DNA of 64,000 nt from Narcine bancroftii (lineage: Eukaryota): NCBI RefSeq assembly GCF_036971445.1, contig NC_091475.1:5394001-5458000 (forward strand), in the 5' to 3' direction. The first letter of the stretch is position 1. Each line of letters starts with the position of its first letter. Position numbers and translations under genes: made by a program. The notes under the pieces were generated by a model. The model had not been told where the DNA came from. It worked only from the letters and a program-made list of their open reading frames with translations, and searched no databases. Below are positions 1 through 11,747 of the stretch, in pieces.

Positions 1-1180
1 ATAGCCGCTGAGGCATTGAAATCTTCTTGCGGTGCAGTGCGGATCCCCAGAAGGACCCAGGATAGCTCATCTGCCCAGTTCAACCCCTTGAGCTGAGCCA
101 TCAACCCATTGGCCTCAGGTTGGTACACTGTGATGTGGTGGAGCTGGGTTCCCAGCAAATTGGCCAGCCTCGTCCAGAATCCTGAAGAGAGCCACGTACC
201 TTTATCAGAGGTCATATGCTCTGGAACTCCGAATATCGACACCCATGTGTTAATCAGTACCCTGGCGCAGTTCTCGGTGGTTGTGTCAGCCAGTGGGACC
301 ACTTCTGGCCACCTCGTGGAGCAGTCAATCATGGTGAGTAGATAACTCATCCCACAGGAGACCGGTAGTGGCCCCGCAATGCTAATATGGACGTGGCTGA
401 ACCTGCGTCGCGCTAGCTCGAAACTCTGGTGGGGGTGGGGGTTGGGTGCCTTGACATGTGTCTGCTCTTTGGTCATCTGGCAGAGCATGCAGATCTTGGC
501 CCACTGACTGACCTGTTTCTGGAGGCTGTGCCAGACAAACCTACTGGCCACTATTTTGACAGACGTTCTGATGGCCAGGTTGTGCACCACATCGAAAACC
601 TGCCGTCTCTATGCTGCCGGCACGATGGGGCAGGGTTTACCGGCAAAGACATCACAGAAGAGCATCTGGTTACCAGGGCCGATGGCAACATCCTTCAGCC
701 TGAGCCCGGAAACTGCTGTCCAATATGCCATGTTCTCAAGGTCTTCCTGCTGCCCCCTGGCTAGGCTGAATAGACTAATCCCTAGGACAGGGCCTGGGCG
801 GACTTGATCGCGGGGGCAGGACAGTATGTCGGCCACCATGTTGGTTTTACCACAAAGTGTTGAATGTCCATGGAGAACTCAGACGCATATGAGACGTGTG
901 GCTGCTGCCTGGCCAACCACGTGTTCAACATGTATGGAAGGCAAAAGTTAACTGTTTATGATCCATGAAACCTGGAATTCTCTACCTTCCAAAGGACACC
1001 TGAAATGCCTGACTGCCATGTACAGCGCCAATAGCTCGTGGTCAAAGGCACTGTATATGGGTTCTGTCCGGAGGTGCCTGCTAAAGAAGGCCAGGGGCTG
1101 CAATTGTCCTTTAATGAATTGCTCCAATAAACCTCTTACCGCTGGATCCACTGTTGTTTGTCGACTACATTTCTGAATGA
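1..1180 (-). mobile_element. Decayed Ty3/Gypsy pol fragment (RNase H and integrase; CsRn1-like)
   Basis: Minus-strand peptides QPLAFFSRHL..YSAFDHELLALYMAVRHFR (RNase H) and LTMIDCSTRWPEVVPL (integrase), with frameshifts. Confidence 0.8.
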
Positions 1181-1886
1181 GCTGACAACATAACAATGAA
1201 GTTCACATGGTTAGTAAATTTGGAGATAACACCATCATCAGTGGAATGATGGACATTGACAATGGATATCTAAGTTTACAACAGGATCTAGATCAGTTGA
1301 AAAGAGGGATAATGGTACAGATATATAAATATTTCAAAGCACAAGGAATCGAGGGTTATGGGCAATTGGACAGGAGTGGAGACCAGCATAAACGAGTCTT
1401 AATCATATTGAATTGTGTGGTAGACATGAGAGCCCTTATGATCCGCTCTTGCTCCTGCTTGCTTGTATGTCCATATTTTATGCTAGTTTGTCTGATGCCA
1501 CGGGGTTGTGGGCCCCAGTGGAGCAGCAAACTGGCACAGCATGGCAGAGTAGGAGAATGCCCCTCCACCAAGAGGGAGAAGTCTGGGGGAATACCCTGAA
1601 ACCACATCAGGGTCTCAGAGGCCAAAGAACCCATGCCAGGCTGCATGAGACTGTTTCATGGGAACCAGGTCTTAGCATCAGGATTCATGGGAGCTCTCAA
1701 AGGGGCTAACAGCTTCCTAATCATATCAGGGGTTCGGAAGCAGGGACCAAGGAGGGGGGTGGGTGCCTTTGTTGCCTGGTGCTTGGGTTAGCCTTTGGTC
1801 CGGATAGGAGGCTATGCAGCTACAGAAGACATGAAAGTGCAATAGGTGGTGGCTTTGGGGAAGGTGACAGGATCACTAGACATTCA

Positions 1887-2135
1887 CTCTCTCTGAACAG
1901 CACCATGAATATGCCTGGGATTGTCTGATCTTGGAAGCTAAGCAGGCTCAGGCCTGGTCAGTACTTGGAGGGGAGACCACCAAGGAACACCAGATGCTCT
2001 AGGTTCCAATGAGGGCTACTAGACAAAGTGGCAGACATTTTATGGTGGACAAAAGTTAAATAATTTCATGTATGTTGCATTCTAAATGTAGTATTACATG
2101 ACAATAATGGAACCTTTTATCCTGTTATCCTGTTA
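1887..2135 (+). mobile_element. 5S rRNA-derived SINE (SINE3-like) or 5S pseudogene with LINE-like tail
   Basis: 1887-2005 aligns to vertebrate 5S rRNA (gtctgatcttggaagctaagcagg..ggcctggtcagtacttggaggggagacc..aggtt) with many substitutions. The tail (tctaaatgtagtatta..gacaataatggaaccttt) recurs inverted at about 6165-6250. Confidence 0.8.
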
Positions 2136-2833
2136 GGGGTGCTGGACTAGTGGTGTCTCTTTGTGTAGCTTTACAGGTAAACAAATTTTGTGTATTTAGA
2201 ACTTTGAACCTTGTAAAATTGAGCCAGAAAATGAACCAAGAAATCTTAATTGCGAACATGATTTATATAAAAATACCATTTCAAATGTTACATAATTCCA
2301 GTGGAAACGTTTTGTGAGTTGAGGTATGCCATATGGAATGAATTTTGAAGCAAGCATGTGACCCCTGGACTATCCATTAACTATTCCTTTCACATCAATT
2401 CTGAAAACTGGAGTTTTAATGGAATTTTTCAATACTTTTTGTTTATTGCATCACTTCCGCAGAGAACAACAGGGAAAACGTTCATGTCAGAATTGATCTG
2501 ATGTGCACAAATCGGTGAATACAGATGTTGCATCTCTCTCAGTAAACGTATGTTTGCAGGCTAGTCAATATCCTACTTGTGTTAACACTGAAATCTAACC
2601 AACCAACAACTCCTGCCATAGGAGATGACATCACATGTGGGTGGTCAATGCTGCAACAGGCTTGATTTGTACTTCACCTCTTCCTTGCCTCTTTCTCTCT
2701 CTTCTCTTCCCTTCCCACTTTCCTCTCTCTCTCTCTCCCTTCCCCCTCCTCCTTCCATTTTCTCCAGCTTTCCTCTTCTCCTTCAGCATTATCTCAATCT
2801 CATTTTCTTCTTCTTTCACCTGTTGAGCAAATC

Positions 2834-2939
2834 CAACATCTTTTTTGATATGATCTCTAAACCACTTCTCTTATGTGAATATTAACTGGGACCGAGAGCA
2901 GTGGCCTCACATGGTTGACAGATGATGTTGTAAATTCTT
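2834..2939. repeat. Left arm of a 106-bp inverted repeat
   Basis: Reverse complement of 5253-5358 with 4 mismatches by manual alignment. Confidence 0.9.
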
Positions 2940-3399
2940 AATTGGGGAGAGAATCATTTTTTAATGACCATGTCAAATTGATATCATAGCTTTTCTTTTT
3001 TTTCCTGAAATATTTATTCTCCTTGATGCTACCTGGCATTATTTCAGAAAACATTATGATGTCCTTGTGGTGTTTTAATTCTTCCACTTAGTATCCCAGC
3101 ACTAAATGATGAGATAAAAAAGGATGCTGAATCTAAAATGATTCAACAATTTCATGCCATATCTCCCATTTAAAAATGGATTTATTCTGCAGTACTCCTC
3201 TTTATTCCTACACAGTAAATCTTTTATATTTTAGAATATCTTTCTGCCTAAGTGTTTCTTCCTTGATTTTCCCTTTTTGTGGGTTCCAGGTATTTCTGTT
3301 TTAAAGCTTTTTGATTTGAGGTGACAAAGTCAGGCTGCTTTTAATAACAAGCAGTAGAATTTTTCACAGGTGTAAGAGTCATTTGAAAGCCCTCGAGAT

Positions 3400-3763
3400 C
3401 AGTGATTCTCAACCTTTTTCTTTCCACTCACAAACCACTTTAAGTAATCCCCATGGCATTGGTGCTCTGTGGTTAGTAAGGGATTGTTTAAGGTGGGATG
3501 TGAGTGGGAAGGGAAGATTGAGAATCACTGCCATAGACCCCATCATTACTTGAGAAAAATTGTCATTGGTCCATTTCCTTTGGAGATATGAAACCATGCA
3601 CATAATGAGTCAATGAGGTACTATTAAAACAGTGGTTTTCAAACTTTTTCTTTCCATCCACATACCACCTTAAGCAATCCCTTACTATAATCACAGACCA
3701 CCAATGGCTTAGGGAATACTTAAAGAGGTATGTGAGTGGAAAGACAAAGGATGAGAACCAATG
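3400..3763 (-). mobile_element. hAT/Charlie-like dimeric MITE (family A), copy 1
   Basis: Termini cagtgattctcaac / gagaaccaatg; 8-bp flanks ctcgagat / ctctagat; inverted relative to the copies at 30821 and 40238. Confidence 0.85.
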
Positions 3764-3771
3764 CTCTAGAT

Positions 3772-4925
3772 CAGGGGTGTCAAACTCAAATTCACGGAGG
3801 GCCAAAATTAAAAACTTGGACTAAGTCGAGGGCCGAACTAAATATTTATTGAAAATTTTCAACAACATCTGCATGTTTTCTCTTCTTTCAACATATGTAA
3901 TGTTAAACTTTAGGATATAACTTTAGGAGGATAATGTTACAGGTCAGGAGTAGGTAGCTCAAGTTCACCCTTTGCTTGACCTTAGGGAAACCTATTTGGT
4001 CCCTGTGGAGATGTAGTCAGCATTCACAGGCTGTGTCCATTTTGGTCTGCATCAGGACTCAGCATTTCCTGCTCACTCCTCAGGCTCTAGGCCTCTATTC
4101 ACCCTCGACCCAGTCCTTTACCCAACCTCTACTCACCCCTCACTCCACTCGCTCTGCCTCTACCCACCCCATCCTATACACGCCCCTCTACTGCCTCTCC
4201 CCTCAACCTGTTCCTCCCTCTACCCGTCTCTCACCCTCTAATCACCCCTCCCCTACTCACCCTGCCCTCCCCTTTTACCTCTTCCCTATCCACCCCTCCT
4301 TCTACCCATCCCTCCTTCTAACTGCCCCTCGCACCACCATAACTTCCCCTGCCCATTACTCCTCACCTACACCCTCTGCCCACCCCTGCTTACCCACCCA
4401 CTCAGGCCCAGCGCGCTGCCGATCAGCCTTTGCGGACAGCCACCATCTCTCTCTTCACGTGCAGGGCCGAACCAGCCGTCCCTGGGGTCCGCGCGGGTGC
4501 AAGCACTGAAGGCCGTGGCGACCAGGAGAAGTGCACTCGCGCTGTGGAAGGGCCGTCCGGTGCCAGTCACGCGGGGCTCGCGCTGCCCAGGGGTCGTGCG
4601 CAGCCTGCCATGCCCGTCGCGCTGACAGGAAATCACAGGCGCTCGCCCATCCGCCGCACCGCTCGACAGATGGGAGAAGTGACTGGTTGTGCGGGGAGCC
4701 TTCCAACTGGCTTGCTGGCTGATGACATCGACAGACTTCTCGTGTTACAATTTCCCGTGTTACAATGGGGAAGGATGTGCAATGAAGGGGGAGGATGGTG
4801 GGGGTGACATGACCAAAAAACAGCATCGGCTCTCGCTGCAGTGCGGGCCACCTCTAATACATTTTTGAAATGATCTTGCGGGCCAAATATAATTATGGCC
4901 CGCGGGCCAGAGTTTGACATGTGTG
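3772..4925. mobile_element. Non-autonomous hAT/Charlie-like element (family B), 1.15 kb, with a CT-rich then GC/CpG-rich interior
   Basis: TIRs caggggtgtcaaactc / gagtttgacatgtgtg, subterminal (gc)gggcc motifs, perfect 8-bp TSD ctctagat (3764-3771 and 4926-4933). Confidence 0.9.
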
Positions 4926-5252
4926 CTCTAGATAGTTCTGCAGCTTGCGGTAGATTGTAACATTGATCATGAGGGTTTCTCTTTGTAGAGTTTAAATAAA
5001 TTCCAGGAAACAGAGTTGCAAACCTTCTGGTATTACAGACCATCTGTCAGTAAGACTGCATATCTACTCTGCCTTCTGCAAAGACCAAAAGAAACTCGTG
5101 GGTATGTGAATATAGACAAGTGTAAAGCAGGCCATCAGGAGCAGGGACAGCCGTGGCACCTTTATTTTACAGCCTGTCTACTCTTCCAAGTGCATTAATC
5201 ACAGCTTTATGGAAACTCCCTCAGTTTGGTTAAGAGTAAACACCAAATCTAC

Positions 5253-5358
5253 AAGAATTTACAACATCAGCTGTCAACCATGTGAGGCCACTGCTCTCGG
5301 TCCCAGTTAATATTCACACAAGAGAGGTGGTTTAGAGATGATATCAAAAAAGATGTTG
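5253..5358. repeat. Right arm of the 106-bp inverted repeat
   Basis: Reverse complement of 2834-2939. Confidence 0.9.
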
Positions 5359-5999
5359 ATGCTGTAAATCCTTGAAATCAGATTTTAAATGTTTTGTTCC
5401 ATTGAGTGTTCATGATAAGAAACCACCTGTAAATCAGAAATGCAGTTCATAAAATTCTATTTTCTTTGATCTTTGGTTCCTAAATCAGTAACATTTAGAA
5501 GCCAAGAGATTGAGAAGCCCATCTGGAGCCTTTGTAATTGATGAAGGGGAATTATAGTCGGTAGAGTGCTTTATTTCCTATGTTGAATCCTGCATTATCC
5601 CTTTGTGAGTAGGGCCCGGTAATTGGATATCCTTTCTGAATTGACAAATTCAATGCTTGCAGGGCAAGATGCAGTACAAACAGAGCTAATGCAATTAGGA
5701 TCTATTGAATTCAATGAATGGTTGGAATAGACAGGATAACAAATTATATTCGATAACTATAGCAGACAGTCCATTGAAGCGATATATTAGAGATTTGTGC
5801 AGGATGAACATTCAAGAACTGAATGCAATTGGTTCAGAAAACATTTTGGAGATATCTATTTGATGGATTTTGAAATTATATAATAAAATTATAGAAGGAA
5901 GTAAGTGGTTCAGACCATAATTTTTTATCTTTTATTGTCTTCAGTTCTAATACTAGAAAACTGCTTATATTGAATATTAATTTTAGTAAAAGCTGAAAG

Positions 6000-6830
6000 C
6001 AATTAGATTGCAAAGACAGTTGCCAAAAATTGCAGAAGGATCTTGATTGATTGGGCAGAAATATGGTTGATGGAATTTAACATAGAGAAATGCAAGTTTG
6101 CATTTTGGGAGGACTAGCATAGAGATTTGGGGAATGTTGTAGAGCAGAAGGATCTAGGAGTAAAGGGGTAAAAAGTAAAGGTTCCATTATTGTCACTTAA
6201 TACTACATTTAGAATGTAACATACCTGAAATTTCTTAACTTTGTCTACCGCAGGTAAATAGTATCTTGAAAATGGCATCTCAGGTGGAAAGGGTGGCCAA
6301 TGGGCCTTCATATTGAGTATAGAGGTCAGGAGGTTTTGTGGCAGTTGTGAAAGATATTAGTGAGGCCTCATTTGGAGTATCATGTTCAGTTTTTGACACC
6401 CTGGTACAGCAAAGATTTTGTCAAATTGCAAGGGCTGCAGAAACAATTTAAAATGATGCAGCTAAGATTTGAATGCCTGGGTGATAGGGAGAGGTTGAGC
6501 AGGCTAGGGCTTATTCCTTGGAGTGCAGGAGGATGAGAGGTGAAGTCACAGAAGTGTACAAAACCATGAATAGATAACTCGGGGACATAGGTTGAAGGTG
6601 AGGGGGAAGAGATTTTACAAGAACATGAGGGGAAATTTGTTTACACCAAGGAAAGTGGAAGAATATAACAAGCTGCTAGAAGAGGTGGTTGAGGCAGGTA
6701 CTGTTGCAATGTTTAAAAACATCTGGACAGATACATGGATAGATAAGTTTAGATGGATATGGACCAAATGCAGGCTGGGTTGGCAGAGGCAAGATGGGCC
6801 AAAAGGCCTGTTTCCCTATTGAATTACTCT
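6000..6830 (+). mobile_element. Old CR1 LINE 3' fragment, interrupted by an inverted SINE tail (about 6165-6250)
   Basis: Colinear with the CR1 3' end at 14830-15660 (gaggcctcatttggagtat, MRGNLFT..EEVVEAG, gggccaaaaggcctgttt). Confidence 0.8.
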
Positions 6831-6943
6831 ATTAAGGTTAATTTGATATTAGTCATCCTAATATTGGATATGGGAATTTATTAGAAAAAATAGGATAGGA
6901 TAAACCATAATTTTGAAAGATGTTGGTTAATCAAAGACACAAT

Positions 6944-7128
6944 AGATTTGTCAAGGGAAGATTTGTCAAAGGAAGATTTGTCAAGGGAAGATTTGTCAAG
7001 GGAAGATTTGTCGAGGGAAGATTTGTCAAGGGAAGATTTGTCAAGGGAAGATTTGTCAAGGGAAGATTTGTTGAGGGAAGATTTGTCAAGGGAAGATTTG
7101 TCAAGGGAAGATTTGTCAAGGGAAGATT
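6944..7128. repeat. 15-bp minisatellite (AGATTTGTCAAGGGA) x about 12, inside a decayed CR1 RT fragment
   Basis: Direct tandem units are visible; they translate to FVKGR repeats, and the flanks read as CR1 RT sequence. Confidence 0.95.
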
Positions 7129-7539
7129 GCATATGACTGATTTTTTTTGAGAAGTTAACAAGAATGATGGTGTATTTGACAGAGTCACTATAGATCTTCT
7201 CTTATGGGATCCAAGAGAAATTGGTATTTGGAGTACAAATTTGGCTCAGAATATTAGTAAACAATATGTAGTGTGGTTCTGCATGGCTCATTGCTTTTCC
7301 CCTGGTGTTCTTGATATATGTTAATGATTTGCCTTAAATAAAGGAATCCTGATAAAGAAGTTTGCCAACTACATCAAATTGGACATTGTGGTAAATGGTG
7401 TGGAAGAAACTTAGGCTGTAAAAGATGACCAGGGGACCTAGAATGATGTAATTGATAGAAGAATATTGAGGAGTTGGGGAAAATTATTTCCACACTGTCA
7501 GTAGTGGGGCTCTGGAGCTCATTGCATGAAAGATACAGG

Positions 7540-8370
7540 AGAAAGCCCTGTACCTCTCCCCTCGTTACGTTCATACAATGTGTCTGGATGAGCAGATGAA
7601 GTGCCTATAAGGTTAAGGCCAGGAATTTGAAAGAGGAAATAAAGAAAGCAAGTCTTCGATTACCTGACATGGACTTTGGGCAGAATGTCTTCTCTGTTTC
7701 CTGTATGATGACTCTTGTCTGATCTGCACATGATTTACAACAGCCCCAGATATTCCAAATGCTTCTTTTATTACATCACCAGCACTTTGCTTATCTGCCA
7801 CCACAGCCCAGATATTCCAATGGCCAGCCACTTTAACTTCACTTCCCATTCCCATACTAAAGTGTCTTTCCATGACCTGCTGAACTGCCAGGTTGAGGCC
7901 GCTCACATATTGGAGGAACAGCGCCCTATATTCCATCTTGGTAGTATCCAGCCAGATGGCATCAATATTGACCTCAAATTTACAGTAAAAAGCTCCCCTT
8001 GACTGTCCTCTATCTCTCTCTGGCCCTATTCCTTCTTCTCTATTCCTTCTCTTCCCCTCCTCTGCCCTCTCTATCTGCTGGTCACCCACACCAGCTCCTC
8101 TTTCCCTTCCTTTTCAGAATGCAAATTCCTCCACCCTCTACCTCTTCCTTCCATCACTTCCTAGCTTCTTTTTCTGATATTTTTTCCCTTCCCCCCCCCA
8201 TCATCTTTCAATCTATCCTCCTCCCACTCCCACCCACACCATTTTATTTGGGCTTACGCGCATTTTATGCTATTCCTGATGAAGGGGTTCAGCCGAAATG
8301 TTGACTATCCTTCGCCTTCCATGGATGGTGCCTGACCTACTGCTTTCCTTCTCCATTTTGTGTGTTCTAC
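7540..8370 (+). mobile_element. Penelope-like element 3' fragment (GIY-YIG C-terminus plus terminal repeat region)
   Basis: Peptide PMASHFNFTSHSH..LEEQRPIFHLGSIQPDGINID, CT-rich tract, then cctgatgaagggg..ccgaaa (hammerhead-like core) at about 8276. Confidence 0.75.
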
Positions 8371-9468
8371 CAGTTATGCTCTTTGACTCCCTCTGGATAT
8401 ATTGCCTTTATCTTATATAGATGGTGCCAATCCACATTTCATTGCAACTACAAAGAAAATATGCTAACCTTTTGTCACACCCCATAACGTTTACTTGGAG
8501 AGAAAGGCAATTGTGAGAATTGGCAGTTTGGTTATCCATTATATTTATTGGAAGTTTTAACTTCTTTAAAAAGAAGAATGAATTATTAAACTCAACAACA
8601 AATCACAATTAAATTATAAACTAAAACAATATATCAAACCTAAAAACAGCAAAATAAAAGCAACAATCGCAAATACCAGTGGACATCCATTTAAGGTAAA
8701 TTGATGAGAGTTTAGGATAAGTTTTATTGACTCAGAGTGGTGGATGCCCGGAATGCATAGCCAGAAAGGCTGGTACACTAGGGACATTTAAAAGACTCTT
8801 AGATGAGCACATGGACGTGAGAAAAAAATTAGCATTATAGGCTGTGAGGTTGGGAATGATTAGATTGACATGGTGTATAAGTCGACAAAACATTGTGAAC
8901 CAAAGGGTCTGTACTGTGTTGTACTGTTCCATCTTCTAAAGATGAGACATTGTTTAGCTCAGAGCTATTGTTGGGCATTCACCAGAAGTGGTGCATAGGA
9001 ATAGTTAGATGTAGAGGCAAGTGAATGAATAATGACTTCTGCAGCAAATGATCCTGGACAGGGAGATAGCTAATGCTGCAGATGTGGGAAGAGGCAATCT
9101 TACCACTGGAGTAAAGGCTCACCTCAGGGTCAAATATGCTTCCAAATTTGCAGAGTCTGATTTGTTTTCAGACAATCACCAGGGAGATAGTGACTGGGGA
9201 ACGGAATTTTTGACAATGGCTTTTCAGCATTTGGTTTCTTCTCTCCAGTGACTTGCAGTCTCACAAAGAGGCACTGGAGGTCATGCGTGGTGTGGTGCTG
9301 AGGTGCACAGCAATTCATTTAAGATTTTGCAGCATATATTCAGAAGAGGACCAATGGAAATAACAGAATGTGTTAATTTGACAAAATTCTATAAAGCCTA
9401 GTTCTGATGCAGTATTTTAGTGTTTTACATGTTGATCATATTATTACAAAAATTTAAAGCAGCATTTA

Positions 9469-10019
9469 CTACTTTTTCAAAGGACACACATATGAGAGGA
9501 ACATATCTACTTGGTTCTTGACGATGATTTGCTTGGGGTGAATCTCATGAGGCAGGTAATGGGCTAAGGTCATCTCCCACGCATCCACAAATGCCACATT
9601 GATGCCCTGGAATATCCTTCTCATCACTAAATCCAGCTGGTAGGAGAACCAGTCACTGCTGTAGAGACTAACATTTCGTGGAAGGGCCTGGACATTAGCT
9701 GTCTTTATGACAATCAATGTTTCTGGGCTTCGATCCAGCAATCGAAGAATCGATCTCCTGATGTTCTGTAGCCTTCGGATGTAATGTTCCACTGGAAAGG
9801 TGCTGAAGTGGGACCAGATGGTGAGGGCTACAACTGTGTTCTTCCCTCCTTTAATGTCATCCAGCTTATTTGCAATGAATAGCAGGTTCTGAATTATTAA
9901 AGGAGGAATGCGGATTGGAATCCCATGTGCAAAATACTCTATCTTGATTGTGTTATCCACATCTACAGCAAGATGGGGTCCATATCTCAATGAATTGCCC
10001 ACATCAATTTTTCTGAGAC
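9469..10019 (-). CDS. NXPE3: NXPE3-like last coding exon (551 bp; PC-esterase C-terminus, WSHFSTFP...VDAWEMTLAHYLPHEIHP...FLSYVC)
   Basis: Within ORF 9469..10071. Acceptor tttcctttcag|GT (phase 1), stop TAG at 9469-9471. Spliced CDS is 108+776+74+210+551 = 1719 nt = 572 aa plus stop. Confidence 0.95.
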
Positions 10020-10739
10020 CTGAAAGGAAAAAGATATTTAAACAATTCTGGGTGATAGTTTGATGGATCACTAAAAATATTTTTGTGTAATCTTTAAGAC
10101 TTCAATGTGTCAAGCTGGGACCACATCTTCTATTCTATTTAGAAGTGTAGAGGATCAATGTGTTGGTTCCAGTCAATCTATGGAAGGAGGAAGAAGCAAG
10201 AAATCTCACCATAAAGAATAGAGCAGGAGTTGCCCTCCATTTCTGCTTTCTCATTCAATAAGAACACCTATTCAAACTTCCTACCATGTATCCTTGTTCT
10301 GGATGGAAATTCCAACTATACATTATTTGTACATCTGTACTTTCTGTCCCTTCGTAATGGATTTTGTTGATCATTACCCATTACTATGATTTTAAAGTAG
10401 TACATCATTTCCACATCTATCAGTCTATTTAGACTGTATTTCTCTTCCATGATAATCAGCGATAATCAGCGATAAAAGTTTGTGACCTCTCCAACCTTCT
10501 GAAAGGCAGCATTAGTGTTATGGGATTCTAGCAGGTAGCACATATGTAATTGCTGTTTGTAATGGACTCAACTGATGTGGGTTGGTTATGTATCAAAGTC
10601 TTTGCAACTATTGCTGAGGGCTATTACCAAGTAAGTGTGATCTATTGATGTAATTTGGATTGGTTGAGAAATATGGTGATCCTTGAAACGAATGATCCTT
10701 TTCATGATTGTAACATTCTTCATATATGTTGGCATTTGG

Positions 10740-11420
10740 AATTCAAAGGTCAAATTTATTGTCAGAGTACATACATGACATCACATACAACCCTGAGATT
10801 CTTTTTCTTGTGGGCCAGGCAGAATCTCTGCTTATCAGTAATGCAAAAACTGTACTCACCAATAGAGAGAAATGTAGCCAAGAAAAGATATGTGAATAAA
10901 CTGACTAGACAATACAGAAAATAAATGTCCTAAGTAAGAGTCCTTAAATGAGACTCTAATTGAGTTTGTTATTTATGAGTCTGATGGTGGAGGGGTAGCA
11001 ATTGTTCCTGAACCTTCTGATTCAAATCTTGTACCATCTTTACAGATGGTAGCAATGAGAACAGAGGCGTGGGTCCTTGATGATTTCTGCAGTGTTGTAT
11101 GTAGATTTTCTCAATGTCAGGGAGGGTGTTGCATGTGATACACGGGGCTGTGTCCACTACCTTTTGCAGGGCTTTCTGCTTAGATGTATTGATGCCCTCA
11201 TACCAAGCCATGATGCAGCTGGTCAGCACATTTTACACTACGCATCTGTTGAAATCTGTCAAGGTTTTCGATGTCATGCCGAATCTCCGCAAACTCTTGA
11301 GGAAGTAGAGGCGGTGATGTGCTTTCTTCACGATGACATTTGCGTGTTGGGTCCAGGAAATGCCCTCTGAGATAGTGACTCCCAGGAATTGAAATTTGCT
11401 CACTCTGGATTATTGGAGTT
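10740..11420 (-). mobile_element. L2-clade LINE 3' fragment
   Basis: Minus peptides LTSCIMAWYEG..LQKVVDTA..PLFSLLPS; tail gacaataaatttgacctttga. Confidence 0.75.
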
Positions 11421-11747
11421 TTATCCCTCATGACACAAGTTAGATTGGTCCGAGGTTTTTTGTGATGTACCCAATGGCTTTCCTGTGTAATCTTTTTTAA
11501 TTACCAGATATGTTTGACCCATTTAAAAATGTTAGTGGCTTTTACTTCCATGCCTGTTTGAATATTCTTCCCAAAGAACTTTTACCCTGGATAATTTTAC
11601 GTTTTCTTGCAGCATATGTATGCTGTGTAGAAATGGTCATGACTTGGGACTTTGGCTCGAGGAACTTCAGTGAGCAGGGGCTAAGAAGGAGCTCCTTGTG
11701 TGGAAAGGTATCTTTGAAATAACATATTTATAGTAAGAAAGGAGGAA

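Noticed and set aside
1887-2005. Functional 5S rRNA gene
   Set aside because: Many substitutions including the 5' end and box C, no T-run terminator, single copy, and followed by a retroposon-like tail.
2625-2885. Short ORFs rich in S/L/P/F or E/R/K/G
   Set aside because: Translations of a pyrimidine-rich low-complexity tract.
3976-5043. GC-rich overlapping ORFs or CpG-island promoter
   Set aside because: Mostly inside a TSD-bounded non-autonomous hAT element; translations are low-complexity with no recognisable domain.
6881-7188. Pentapeptide-repeat ORFs (SSLDK, FVKGR, LTNLP, SREDL)
   Set aside because: By-products of a 15-bp tandem repeat in decayed CR1; no gene structure.
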